From: Escherichia phage vB_EcoM_DE17 | Sequence record: OP595146.1 | Strand: one strand, 5' to 3' | Length of the DNA: 64,000 nt | Shown here: piece by piece, positions 36,574 through 46,707 of the stretch | Position numbering within the stretch: position 1 is the stretch's first letter | How the letters are laid out: every line of letters starts with the position of its first letter | Notes under the pieces: model-generated | The model's database searches: none | Seen by the model: only the letters and a program-made list of their open reading frames with translations | Told to the model about the DNA's origin: nothing | Position numbers and translations under genes: made by a program

Positions 36574-36911
36574 AGCGTGATTTCTCCTTTCTTTATCATT
36601 TCTAAGGCTTGTTTTCTGTCTAAAACTTCCCAATTCTCTTTGTTAAACATCTCATAAGGTCTTGCGTAGATTTTACCATCTGCTGTAGAGATGTAAGAGG
36701 CTCCAGTGACCCATAAGTCATCATTCTGCTTTATCATGATACCTGTGCTGCTCACATAGTACAATGTTTTGCGGGGTTTGTAGAGCAAGTATATTGGTCG
36801 CTCATGTTTTTCTATTAAATCTTTCATGGTCTCTCCAAAGTTATTTTTAGAGGGTCTTTTACGACCCTCATAGTTATTAAAACTAAACACCACAACCCTC
36901 GCAATAAGCAT
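36570..36911 (-). CDS. hypothetical protein between nrdA and nrdB
   Basis: 113-aa ORF. Confidence 0.5.
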   Translation of the reverse strand: MLIARVVVFSFNNYEGRKRPSKNNFGETMKDLIEKHERPIYLLYKPRKTLYYVSSTGIMIKQNDDLWVTGASYISTADGKIYARPYEMFNKENWEVLDRKQALEMIKKGEITL

Positions 36912-39117
36912 CTTGCAGTGCAGATTTACCTACACCAATGCGACTGTTAAGGTAGTACATGGTTTTCATACCTACCGAGTTGGCATAAATCATGTACTTC
37001 AAAGCTTGAGCCAATGATACCTTCTTAGCTTTTGCGTAGTCAACATAGAAATCTGAAGAGATAGCTTGACCAGTGAACTTTTGAACAATTGCATAACAAT
37101 CAATCAGGTCAAAGGTGTCAATACCCCAAGCAATTTCATATACATACTTCAACTCTTCATAATCTGGAACAATAAACAGTACGTTACCAGTTGCAGACTT
37201 TTTGGTTAAAATAAAGTCACGAATTGGGTACAAGCCGTTAGTTGTATTAGTCGCCAGAGAAGAACTCTCGTTAGGCATGTAAGCCTCTAATACAGAGTTA
37301 CGGATTCCACCATTTTCTTTGATACGCTGTGCTAAGTCATCCCAATCATATCGTAGTTTTGCATCATGCTTTTCATCAATCTTCTTGTTGGCTGTCTTTG
37401 GAGGAACCCAACCTTCAGGATACTTAGTGAACTTCATGTACTCTGGAACGCCACGCTCTTTAGCAAGTCTCAGAGAGGCTTCATGCAGATAGTAAGAGTG
37501 CATCTCTGCAAGTTCATGAAGCTTCGTCTTACCTGCTCTTGAAGAATAGTTCACGTAGTTTTTCGCAAGGTAATGAGCCACATTTGTAAGGCCAATCCCA
37601 ACAGAGCGACGCTTCTGAACATGGTTGCGCATCGACGGATACGGATAATCCATAAGGTCAATAACGGAGTCAACCATTGCAAGAGCATAATAAGCAACGT
37701 CAGCGTATTCATCTTCTGAAATTCTCCCTGCAACCAAACTAGCTAGGAAGCAAAGAGCTACCTCACCATCCTCTTTCACAGCATCGTCTCTGTAAAGGTC
37801 TGTCTCTTTCTCAAAACCATACACTGGCAATACAATTTCCATGCAAAGATTTGACATCTTCAATGGCTCTTTAAATGGTGTATGTGTGTTTGCATTATTT
37901 GTGAAGAATGGGTACACACGACCTGTTGCGTAACGCTGCTGGATAAACAGTTTAGCAATTTCACGAGCCTTTACTCGTCTGTGTTTAACACCAGAATGTA
38001 CTGCGTGACCAACTGCCATAGCAAACTCATCAGCGGATGCTGTGTAGAACATGTCATAGAGTTTTGGTGCATCTTTGTAAGAGAATAGCAACCAATCTGT
38101 ATCATACTGGACACACTGCCAGAAATAATCGTTTGTGCCGAATGAGTAGTCCATCTCATTAATACGTTTAGAAGGAACCGTTGTAGGGTGCTTCAAACGC
38201 AGTAAGTCTTCAATCTGTGGGTCTAGAGCGGTGTAGAAGTTGTTAGCTGAACCACCACGGCTCTTCTGTTTGTTTGCCTCTACAGATGAACGTACAAGTT
38301 TGTAATAAGGTAGCTTACCCATGTGCTCAATAGTATTTTGACGGATACCATCACCAATAGTGCGAGTCTCCATCAGCATACCGATACCAGCTTGCTTTGT
38401 AGTCATATCATAAGCAACCTTTGCAGCAATGCCAAGAGATTCAGCAGTATCGTTTGCCTTAATCAAACAGCATGACGCATAACCTGACTTAGTAGCACGT
38501 AAACCATTCAGATAAGGCGTAGGAGCGTTAATCTTCAGGTCAGATAGGTAAGTGTACAGCTTAATCACATCTTGCAGTCTACGGTGTTTTGGTTGCTTCT
38601 CAAAAGCTTTCATAGCCATACCCATAAACATAAATTGTGGTGACTCAAAAAGTCTTCCAGTTTTAATATCACGGATACCATATTTGTCTCTGAACTGTTT
38701 CAACACTGCATAGCCGTAAGAGATATCTTTTGAGTGCACAATATACCCTTGCAGATATTCAAGCTCTTCCTGAGAATAGTCCATCTTCTCCCAAAGTCCT
38801 GCTCTCTCCATATTTTTAACGAAGGTAACCAGCGTAGGAACCTTAGTAAAGCCTCCAAAGGCTTCTTTGTAGATAATCCCCAGAAGTAGCCGTCCAGCCA
38901 TATCTGAGTACTCTTGAGTTTGCTTATCAACACAAACATCAATCATGGCTTGGTGCATCTCTTTTGTAGTGCAACCCTCATAGACACGCTTCATGGCTTC
39001 CATAGTGACTTCTGACCAGATAATTCCACGCTTATCTGCCCATGATGCCCACTTATTCAGTCTTTCTGGGTCAAAGCTGACTACTGTACCGTTTGATTTT
39101 TTAATTGTCTTAATCAT
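36883..39117 (-). CDS. nrdA: ribonucleotide reductase large subunit (class I)
   Basis: 744 aa; N-terminal ATP-cone-like region, overall class Ia alpha-subunit pattern, C-terminal Cys pair. Confidence 0.85.
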   Translation of the reverse strand: MIKTIKKSNGTVVSFDPERLNKWASWADKRGIIWSEVTMEAMKRVYEGCTTKEMHQAMIDVCVDKQTQEYSDMAGRLLLGIIYKEAFGGFTKVPTLVTFVKNMERAGLWEKMDYSQEELEYLQGYIVHSKDISYGYAVLKQFRDKYGIRDIKTGRLFESPQFMFMGMAMKAFEKQPKHRRLQDVIKLYTYLSDLKINAPTPYLNGLRATKSGYASCCLIKANDTAESLGIAAKVAYDMTTKQAGIGMLMETRTIGDGIRQNTIEHMGKLPYYKLVRSSVEANKQKSRGGSANNFYTALDPQIEDLLRLKHPTTVPSKRINEMDYSFGTNDYFWQCVQYDTDWLLFSYKDAPKLYDMFYTASADEFAMAVGHAVHSGVKHRRVKAREIAKLFIQQRYATGRVYPFFTNNANTHTPFKEPLKMSNLCMEIVLPVYGFEKETDLYRDDAVKEDGEVALCFLASLVAGRISEDEYADVAYYALAMVDSVIDLMDYPYPSMRNHVQKRRSVGIGLTNVAHYLAKNYVNYSSRAGKTKLHELAEMHSYYLHEASLRLAKERGVPEYMKFTKYPEGWVPPKTANKKIDEKHDAKLRYDWDDLAQRIKENGGIRNSVLEAYMPNESSSLATNTTNGLYPIRDFILTKKSATGNVLFIVPDYEELKYVYEIAWGIDTFDLIDCYAIVQKFTGQAISSDFYVDYAKAKKVSLAQALKYMIYANSVGMKTMYYLNSRIGVGKSALQDAYCEGCGV

Positions 39118-39163
39118 TTTTGAATCCTACAGATGAGAAGAGCCTCCGAAGAGGCTCCCTAGT

Positions 39164-39496
39164 TTAAATCTTGAAAATTTGCTCATTCTGCCACATATCG
39201 TAAAACTTATCACTTACCTTTGTGACTGACGAAGTGTGCATACAATTGACGAACCATGATATATTACTATTCATAATTATTTCAAGCTGTTTTGTGACAT
39301 CCACATTCATGTCTTCAACAACGTAATTACCTCGCATCTTGCAAACAACTCTTCCAAACAAGATTGCACTTCTGCCTCTTCGGTCGTCACAGTACATAAC
39401 TGTGTCTCCGTGCTTAACATCTTGTCCGATACTATCAACACCTAATTTAGCACCTGAGATAATGTCATCATAAGATAACTTTTTTGCTTTAGACAC
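39164..39496 (-). CDS. hypothetical protein
   Basis: 110-aa ORF. Confidence 0.5.
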   Translation of the reverse strand: MSKAKKLSYDDIISGAKLGVDSIGQDVKHGDTVMYCDDRRGRSAILFGRVVCKMRGNYVVEDMNVDVTKQLEIIMNSNISWFVNCMHTSSVTKVSDKFYDMWQNEQIFKI

Positions 39497-39821
39497 GGTA
39501 TTTCTCCAAGTTTCTTTTTAGATATAACCAACCATAGTCAGTTCTTTCTACACCCATGAAGAGTGGAGCCATTACAACTTTACCAAAAGTATTCCTGTGT
39601 TGACAGATTTCAAAAGAATACTCTTTCTCAATATCAATCCCGTATTTGTACAGAACTGCTTTTAAAACTTGTTCATTATCCAGAAGTGTATCTGGAGTCT
39701 CACCATACTTCTCAAGTAACGGGTCATTCATAAACACCGTCATAGAGATATTGTAGTTTGAGAAGTGGCTCTTCTGAGCCACACCTTCTTTATTAATGTT
39801 CTGTGAATCCATTATAACCAA
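39489..39821 (-). CDS. hypothetical protein
   Basis: 110-aa ORF. Confidence 0.5.
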   Translation of the reverse strand: MVIMDSQNINKEGVAQKSHFSNYNISMTVFMNDPLLEKYGETPDTLLDNEQVLKAVLYKYGIDIEKEYSFEICQHRNTFGKVVMAPLFMGVERTDYGWLYLKRNLEKYRV

Positions 39822-40548
39822 CCCCTTTTAACCAGCACTTCAGGTTATTAGCATCATAATTCAGTTTCGGGTATGAGGTTACATGGAACTGCTCACCATC
39901 ATAGTAGACAATATCTGCAATCCATAGTCCATTCTCTTTACAGAAATCTTTATCTGCTTTAGAGGTAATTGGATTAACTTCTACAAAACCATCTACACCC
40001 AAATCCTTTAAGCTACATACAATACCTTTGCAGATAACGCATGTGTCAGATACTACCACAAAAAGTTCTTGGCTTTCAAGTTCTACAATGTATTCACCAA
40101 GCTGAACTTTAGGGAGATTAGATTGCTTCATAATCTTCCCATCGGCTGCACGAACAATTGCATACCATTCTTTACCATCAACTACTGACATTCTGATGAT
40201 ACACTCTTGACCAGTACGCTTCTCAATATCTGCAAGACGCTTTAAAGCTTCTTCATAGTCGTCTGTGTACTTCAGGTCATTATTATGGCAAACAGCTTTC
40301 ATAGCACCGTTATGGTCATGTTGTGATAGATAAATCAGACCGTCAAGAACATATTGCAAATCTGCCTGAGCATCCAGTGTCTCAATGGGGTCTTTCTCTT
40401 CAATTGCTTTTACAAGCTCTTTTGCTTCTTCAAGCATACATAGAGATTGAGATTTCAAAGACTCCCAATACTCATCACTGTAAGGTTGCTTTTGAGTGTT
40501 TCCACAACGAAGATTCCAGTTTTTTACTGATTCTCTTGAGTTAAACAT
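39793..40548 (-). CDS. hypothetical protein with possible MazG-like NTP-pyrophosphohydrolase N-domain
   Basis: 251 aa; LEEAKELVKAIEEKD...DAQADLQYVLDGL resembles the MazG EExxE / D-x-x-D helix pair. Weak. Confidence 0.35.
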   Translation of the reverse strand: MFNSRESVKNWNLRCGNTQKQPYSDEYWESLKSQSLCMLEEAKELVKAIEEKDPIETLDAQADLQYVLDGLIYLSQHDHNGAMKAVCHNNDLKYTDDYEEALKRLADIEKRTGQECIIRMSVVDGKEWYAIVRAADGKIMKQSNLPKVQLGEYIVELESQELFVVVSDTCVICKGIVCSLKDLGVDGFVEVNPITSKADKDFCKENGLWIADIVYYDGEQFHVTSYPKLNYDANNLKCWLKGVGYNGFTEH

Positions 40549-40787
40549 TTGGACTCCTTAAAATATCTGTTAACCTTTAGCTCTCGTGTTTCAATATATT
40601 CCAGATGCTCACGTAGCTCTTGACGTTTAAGCATTAGGTGCTGCATTTGAGATTCAACAGCTTCAACCTCTTTAATTATTGACTCTCTGGCATTTGCAAG
40701 AATGCGCTCAAGTTCTTCAATCTTGCTGTCAACTTTTGCTACATGACTCACAGCTTTACTTTTGTTAAACATTTTATTCTCTCTCAA
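40524..40787 (-). CDS. hypothetical coiled-coil protein
   Basis: 87-aa ORF. Confidence 0.45.
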   Translation of the reverse strand: MRENKMFNKSKAVSHVAKVDSKIEELERILANARESIIKEVEAVESQMQHLMLKRQELREHLEYIETRELKVNRYFKESKCLTQENQ

Positions 40788-40793
40788 TAGTTA

Positions 40794-41291
40794 TCAAGCA
40801 CAGTTTGCTTTCATTACCTTATGGATTCTTTTTTCAGCATCTTCATAAGTTTCTTTAGTAATAAACTTAATTGCTGCAATATTGGCATTGTAGAAGAGTC
40901 TGAGCTTAGAGTCAATCCTTTTTGTCATTACATCGAATTTATGTTGAAGGTTTGCTTCACCATAAACTAGACCACCTTTTGTGTAGTAGGTTTGAATAAT
41001 GTAAAAGTCAAAAAATTCTTTTCCAAAGCTCTCAATATCTTTTTTGATATACTCAGAAGAAGTCTCATAAGTCATCCAATCACTTTCCTTAGTGACTACC
41101 TTCTTCCGAGTCTTGCCAGCAACTTTTCTTTTGGTCACACTATTAAGCTGTTTCTTTCCGATATAGTATTGTCCGGTTTTCTTACAGTATACTAAATAGA
41201 CAAAGCCAAAATGTTTAGTGGGGTCAACTTCCCCACACAAAGATACCCAATGACCGTAGGTAGGACAATTGCCAAATCCTTTAATCTTCAT
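40794..41291 (-). CDS. putative GIY-YIG-type nuclease
   Basis: 165 aa; VYLVYCKKTGQYYIGKK resembles the GIY-(x9-10)-YIG signature. Motif-only. Confidence 0.35.
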   Translation of the reverse strand: MKIKGFGNCPTYGHWVSLCGEVDPTKHFGFVYLVYCKKTGQYYIGKKQLNSVTKRKVAGKTRKKVVTKESDWMTYETSSEYIKKDIESFGKEFFDFYIIQTYYTKGGLVYGEANLQHKFDVMTKRIDSKLRLFYNANIAAIKFITKETYEDAEKRIHKVMKANCA

Positions 41292-42321
41292 TCATACACG
41301 GCTCCCAATTATATTTCTTAAAAGAGAAATTATCTTTTGGATTTCTCTCTTGATATGCTATCCAGAAATGTTGCTCCATTAACTCTAATGGTGTTTTGGT
41401 AACAGTCTGTCCATCCCATGACACATAGGTGTAAGACTCTTTTTTAGCATAGAGTTCATAGATAGCGTCAAGGCACTCTTTATAGGTCTCTTTACCATCT
41501 AAAGCATTCATCACAGCTACTTTGCCAGCACCTTTAAGGCCGAAGTAGTTGTCTGCATTATCTCCAGCAACAGCCTGATAACACAAAAATTTAAAACCTA
41601 CACCAACTGTTTTTGCAGCTTTTGGTTTTGATTTGATAGGACAATCCCAGATATCACCAACATTATTGTCAGCAATAAAAATTAGTGGTGACTTTTCATA
41701 GGTCATATCAATACAATAAGTCCCTTCAGCTTGTCGAAGGTCTTTGTCAATACTCATAAGAGCAGCCTTCTTACCCATCTTTTCAGCTTTAGCAATTACG
41801 ATTGAGTCTGCTTCGAAGCCACCCTTTAAGAGTTTAAACTCTGGTCTTGATAAAAGATATTCACGACAAGCAACTAAGTGTGTTGGTGTGACAGCTTCTT
41901 TACGGTTACCTTGATATTGGTGCTCAAGCCCTTTAATGTCTTTATGTTTATGTACACCCTTCTCTGTTAGATAACCTACCCAAGTTCTTTCTTTACCAAC
42001 AACCTTAAGCCATTCCTGAAGAACCTGCTGAGTAGCCATGATAGCTTCTTTTTCACTCTTAGCTTCTTTCCAAGTCTGTCTTTCCCATTCATCTTCATCA
42101 AATGTCAGACCAAGTTCTTCCACAAGGATTCTCTGGTCTGCTAACCATCTTGCAGCGTCTTTTGCATTATCAAATGGTTCAGATTCTTCTGCTGTGAGTT
42201 TATTGACATATTTATATTTTGCTTTCTCAACTACACAAGCACCTTTATAGGCAATACTATCAGAGTCAATAAAGACATGTGTAACTGAATCTGGAAGTTT
42301 TGTTAGCGTATACTGCTCCAT
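41281..42321 (-). CDS. 5'-3' exonuclease / flap endonuclease (T7 gp6-like)
   Basis: 346 aa; N-terminal acidic cluster HVFIDSDSIAY and later SIDKDL follow the FEN/PIN-like pattern. Confidence 0.6.
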   Translation of the reverse strand: MEQYTLTKLPDSVTHVFIDSDSIAYKGACVVEKAKYKYVNKLTAEESEPFDNAKDAARWLADQRILVEELGLTFDEDEWERQTWKEAKSEKEAIMATQQVLQEWLKVVGKERTWVGYLTEKGVHKHKDIKGLEHQYQGNRKEAVTPTHLVACREYLLSRPEFKLLKGGFEADSIVIAKAEKMGKKAALMSIDKDLRQAEGTYCIDMTYEKSPLIFIADNNVGDIWDCPIKSKPKAAKTVGVGFKFLCYQAVAGDNADNYFGLKGAGKVAVMNALDGKETYKECLDAIYELYAKKESYTYVSWDGQTVTKTPLELMEQHFWIAYQERNPKDNFSFKKYNWEPCMNED

Positions 42322-42383
42322 TATGAATCTCCATATGAAAAAGCCCCATACTAAGTACAGGGCTTTAAAGTAACTTTTAGAGA

Positions 42384-43241
42384 TTAGTCTTCTGTATCGA
42401 AGTCTTCATCTTCTTCGTCATCTGGGTCTGGCAAGTCTTCATCGTCACCATCATCAGAATCATTTGAAGGTTTGTGGTCTTTTGCGTCTTCTTCAGTGAT
42501 TTCACCGTTATCTTCAACACCATCAAGACCAAGCATAGCCAGTTCGTCTTCATCCAGTTCAGGCTCACCGTTAGCACCGTTACCACCAGTGTAAGGTACA
42601 AGAGTATCAATGATAAACTGTTCCTGAATAGGTTTTGTCAGAACATTGTTCTCAAAAGTGTAGAAGTGAGTAGAAAGAATCACACTACCAAAAGAACCAT
42701 TACCAACTGCAATATCTGGATGAATTACATCATAGTTCTTGTCATCTTCATGTTTGTCAGATGCTTGAGCTTTGATTTTCTTCATCGGCTGTTTAACAGC
42801 TACACGCTTACCGTTTACTTCTTCAATCAGCATTACAGGGAATGACTGTTTAGCTGTCCACACAGCACCATCTTTATAAGCTGCTGCACGACTTACTTTC
42901 AAGATGTAGTAAGTGTCTGCTTCAAATGGTGGTTTGCAACCAAACTTCTCTTCGAAGTCATCTGCATCAACTGCTTCAGTAGTAACTTTATCCCAACCTT
43001 CTGGGTTTTTCTTAGACTTAGTAAACTCTTTAAAGAGCTTGTTACCATCTTCTGCCAGAATTGAAACACTGTAGTTACAGTCTTTTCCTGGGAATTTCTT
43101 ATCAATTGATTTACCTTTTCCCGGACGTGGTGAAGTGTTCAGGTAATAAAACCAGACATCTTTCAGAAGGTAACGCAGAGTTTGACGTTCAGTACCATTG
43201 TACTTCTCTACCGGAGCTTTCATTTTAACAACTTTAGACAT
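42384..43241 (-). CDS. putative ssDNA-binding protein with acidic C-terminal tail
   Basis: 285 aa; last ~60 residues extremely acidic (DDGDDEDLPDPDDEEDEDFDTED), as in T7 gp2.5-type SSBs; within the replication module. Confidence 0.5.
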   Translation of the reverse strand: MSKVVKMKAPVEKYNGTERQTLRYLLKDVWFYYLNTSPRPGKGKSIDKKFPGKDCNYSVSILAEDGNKLFKEFTKSKKNPEGWDKVTTEAVDADDFEEKFGCKPPFEADTYYILKVSRAAAYKDGAVWTAKQSFPVMLIEEVNGKRVAVKQPMKKIKAQASDKHEDDKNYDVIHPDIAVGNGSFGSVILSTHFYTFENNVLTKPIQEQFIIDTLVPYTGGNGANGEPELDEDELAMLGLDGVEDNGEITEEDAKDHKPSNDSDDGDDEDLPDPDDEEDEDFDTED

Positions 43242-43313
43242 TATTTAAACCTCTATCTCAATTTATGAAGAGTACCAATTCTAATTTGTTGATACTCTAT
43301 TGTCAAACATTAA

Positions 43314-43463
43314 TTACTGGAAGTTGTGCTTATCTTTAGAAGCTGCTTTACGTGCAGTTTTTCCAGTTCTTACACGCTTCTCTTCATAGTATTTTGCTGG
43401 TTTACCAGCAGTGGCTTTTAAGGAATCCCCAAAAACTTTTTCAAATGCTTTAGAGTGTTTCAT
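43314..43463 (-). CDS. hypothetical small basic protein (49 aa, below ORF-track cutoff)
   Basis: Hand-translated MKHSKAFEKVFGDSLKATAGKPAKYYEEKRVRTGKTARKAASKDKHNFQ; fills the gap between SSB-like and primase-helicase genes. Confidence 0.35.
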   Translation of the reverse strand: MKHSKAFEKVFGDSLKATAGKPAKYYEEKRVRTGKTARKAASKDKHNFQ

Positions 43464-43715
43464 GATATTCTCCGATATACTTGATATTCAAACACATTTT
43501 CTTTTATTACAAACAGCCAACCAATATTATGTTTAGGTATAGTAATAATGACTGTGATTATGCTGTGATGGAACTTTTCTTCTACCTCAACGCCTCCATC
43601 ACATTTCATGGAGAGCATTCTATAGAACCTATCAACCTTTGTCAAACACTCTTCCTGAAATTCATTTAAACTTTTTTCTTCAAAGAAGGGTATAAACCCC
43701 TCTCTTTTATAACTA

Positions 43716-45707
43716 TCACTCAGTTTCGAATGGGCAGTCATCTGCATCCTCACTTAATACAGGTGGAATCGTTGAGCTTTGACGCTGTTCTTCAGTATAG
43801 ACTTCACCAGTCTCACGGTCAAACACTTCATCCTCATAATGAGGTAAAGAGTCGTCATAATGGTCTTCAGCTTCACCAATACCAAACTGTTGACGAATAT
43901 TTTCTGCTGCGCCATCAATGTCAACACCACACCCAGAAGCTTTGATAAGACGTCCTGTGTCTGGATTGTACCAAGTATGACCAGCAATACCTGTTGACTT
44001 ACCATGACGACGACACTTAGTTAACTTGATTTTTGTCAAGTTTTTCTTAACAGGGTCTGGGTCAACCTTGTTACGCATTAACAGAATGTTGTTCATAGAA
44101 ATCTGGAAATACGCACCAGAACCTTTAATGTCCTCTTCAGAGATATCTCCACCTTCAGAGTTAGCTTTCTGACCACCTGCACTCTTACGAACGTGACAGA
44201 CGTTTACCTGTGCATACTGGTAGCGTTTGCAACGACGCAATAGCTCAGACAAAACTTCCTCTTCATCCGTATCTGAACGTGACAGAGCCAACGTAATAGG
44301 GTCAAGAATAATAATCTTACAGTCTAAACTGTTAACAAGATAGTCAACAAATTCCAGCAGGTTATCTTGGTCAATTGCCCCTTGATGGTCTACGATGTGG
44401 ATGCGACGACCTTTAGATAGTTCTGCGTGTGCTTCCTTTAATTCATCCCAATCACGTTCGTCATAAGGAATCTCAGAAATCTGTTTGCTCAGGTGAATTG
44501 CACAGAGCATCTCCATCAACTCTTCATAGGTATCTTCTACCGGAATTACACCAATATTGTAATCGGTTTCCTTCCAAGCTGAATAAATCATCTCACGAGT
44601 GTAAGCTGATTTACCTACTGAAGATGGTGCTGCCAGAGTTGTAATCTCTCCTAAACCATAACCACCGTAAGTTAGTCTGTTCAAATCCCCGAAAGATTCT
44701 GGGAAAGGAATCAATGGAATCTGACCACGATTCTTCATTGCCTCAAAACCATCTGCAAAGTTCTTGATACCAGCAGGGCAATAACGAGGTGCATTGTAGA
44801 TACGCTGCTTAAATCCTTCCAGAACTGTGTCTTTCTCTTTATAGAACTTTGTCCACCATTCATTAAGGTCTTTTACACCTTCTGGATACTGGAATAAACG
44901 CACCTTCTCAATAGGTAGGATACCAGCAGCCTCTTTGGTGGCTTTAGCACCTGCTTCATCGTTATCAAAGCACAAGTAAATTTCATCAAATGATGTAATG
45001 TACTGATAGTTATCTTTGATAGACTTGATGTTTGCACCTGACGGAACAGATACATGACAGTAATTCTTACGACGAGACTTATCCTTAATCGCCAAAGAAG
45101 TCATGTAGATTGCTGTGGCGCATTCCATCTCACCTTCCCAGATGAACAGACGATTCCCACCTTCTGGGGCAATCCATGAACCGAACATTGCCAGTTCACC
45201 TTTAATGTCTCCAACACCACCTGAAAAGTCTTTTAGCTTACCACGTAGGTGTTCTTTTGGATGGTCTTCTGGGTAACGGTGACGAACACGGTAGCCAACA
45301 TGTTCTAGCTTACCATCTTCATTACGTTTGTAAGTTGGATAGAAATGTGCATCAATTTCACCATCACTGTCAATGTCAACCTTGATACCTAAGCGTTCAA
45401 GAACTTTTGCAGGAATCTTCCTGTCTTTCAAGTCCATAGCTTCAAGGTTTTCTTTTACATCATCTAAATCCATTCCACGGAAAGTACGGTTTTTATTATC
45501 TGAACCAGTAGAATAAGTGCTCACAATTTGTCCTTTATCAAAATCCCACTCTGGAAAACCTTTGTTACAGCTAAAGCAAGTCATTGAATAGGAATCATCG
45601 TCATGGTGGTAGATTGAACCAGCATCTGATGAACCACAACGTGGACATGCACAATGACCAATAAACTGACCAGCCTCTTTCAATTTGCGACCTTTAGACA
45701 TTAGCAC
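43716..45707 (-). CDS. primase-helicase (T7 gp4-like)
   Basis: 663 aa; N-terminal zinc ribbon (CPRCGSSD...CFSCNKG), central TOPRIM-like region, C-terminal Walker A (GLGEITTLAAPSSVGKS). Confidence 0.85.
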   Translation of the reverse strand: MLMSKGRKLKEAGQFIGHCACPRCGSSDAGSIYHHDDDSYSMTCFSCNKGFPEWDFDKGQIVSTYSTGSDNKNRTFRGMDLDDVKENLEAMDLKDRKIPAKVLERLGIKVDIDSDGEIDAHFYPTYKRNEDGKLEHVGYRVRHRYPEDHPKEHLRGKLKDFSGGVGDIKGELAMFGSWIAPEGGNRLFIWEGEMECATAIYMTSLAIKDKSRRKNYCHVSVPSGANIKSIKDNYQYITSFDEIYLCFDNDEAGAKATKEAAGILPIEKVRLFQYPEGVKDLNEWWTKFYKEKDTVLEGFKQRIYNAPRYCPAGIKNFADGFEAMKNRGQIPLIPFPESFGDLNRLTYGGYGLGEITTLAAPSSVGKSAYTREMIYSAWKETDYNIGVIPVEDTYEELMEMLCAIHLSKQISEIPYDERDWDELKEAHAELSKGRRIHIVDHQGAIDQDNLLEFVDYLVNSLDCKIIILDPITLALSRSDTDEEEVLSELLRRCKRYQYAQVNVCHVRKSAGGQKANSEGGDISEEDIKGSGAYFQISMNNILLMRNKVDPDPVKKNLTKIKLTKCRRHGKSTGIAGHTWYNPDTGRLIKASGCGVDIDGAAENIRQQFGIGEAEDHYDDSLPHYEDEVFDRETGEVYTEEQRQSSTIPPVLSEDADDCPFETE

Positions 45708-45894
45708 CTCTTCGTTGTAGTTCTGCCTTCAATCCATTTTCAATCTTGTCAAGTTCATGAATCTCATCTGCAATCTCTTTCCTTCGTGATTCAACTCTCT
45801 TAAGACGTTCAATCATTACCTCATTGGAAAGAGATGAGAGTTCCACTAAACGATGGTCAATAACCTTAAAATTATCTTTTACTCTCATCTTCAT
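45694..45894 (-). CDS. hypothetical protein
   Basis: 66-aa ORF. Confidence 0.45.
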   Translation of the reverse strand: MKMRVKDNFKVIDHRLVELSSLSNEVMIERLKRVESRRKEIADEIHELDKIENGLKAELQRRGANV

Positions 45895-45902
45895 TCTCTC
45901 TT

Positions 45903-46646
45903 TTAAATTTTCAGGATAGCTCTTAGCTTACTTTCAAGGTCTGCAAGAGTACCATTATTATGGATAATGTCACGCGCATATTTGGTAGAAATTCCATTTT
46001 CTGAAACATGTGATGAAACCTTGTCCACATTGTCTCTTTTTACTTCAATAATCTGGTGTGCAAATCTACTCAGCCACTCAGCTTCAGAGTCAAACCTTAA
46101 GTCACTGATTAAAACAACACCCTCTTGATTCATAAGTGAACAAGATTCAAAGAAGCGAGCCATTCGTTTTTCAAGGTCTTTAGCCCAGAATTTGTCACCC
46201 ATAACTTTACGGATTACTTCAGTGCCCCAAATCTGTTGAATTTGTCTTGATGAGAATTTATACTTCTTGCTAAATCCCAGACGTGTCAATAGAGTTGGCT
46301 TAGCAACCTTCTTAAGTTCCATGATTAATCGTCCGGTTAACTCCGACATAAGCTTAAAGTCCATATGATAACGTTCATCTCTGAAGGTGAACTCCATAGC
46401 TTCCGTAACTTTTAACATAAGTTCAGAGTATGATAAATCAAAAACCTGTGGAGTCTCTTTAGTTTCACCGTACAGGTCATTCCATGTCAAGTCAAATATC
46501 TTTGACGCAGATAGCTTAAGATTGTCTGCATAGGCCATTACTGCAACATTGTAGCCATACTCATCCTCTAAGATGTTCTTCACAATAGAACATGAGGTAT
46601 CTTTTCCAGAACGTGCCTTTCCAGTAAATGCGATAATATTGCTCAT
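45903..46646 (-). CDS. deoxynucleoside monophosphate kinase
   Basis: 247 aa; P-loop FTGKARSGKDT matches phage dNMP kinase (T4 gp1-type SGxKRSGKDT). Confidence 0.75.
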   Translation of the reverse strand: MSNIIAFTGKARSGKDTSCSIVKNILEDEYGYNVAVMAYADNLKLSASKIFDLTWNDLYGETKETPQVFDLSYSELMLKVTEAMEFTFRDERYHMDFKLMSELTGRLIMELKKVAKPTLLTRLGFSKKYKFSSRQIQQIWGTEVIRKVMGDKFWAKDLEKRMARFFESCSLMNQEGVVLISDLRFDSEAEWLSRFAHQIIEVKRDNVDKVSSHVSENGISTKYARDIIHNNGTLADLESKLRAILKI

Positions 46647-46707
46647 TCTATCTCCCTTAATTACTAAAAAGCCCCCAGCTAAGGAGGCTTGTAAGTTTTA
46701 TAAAGAC

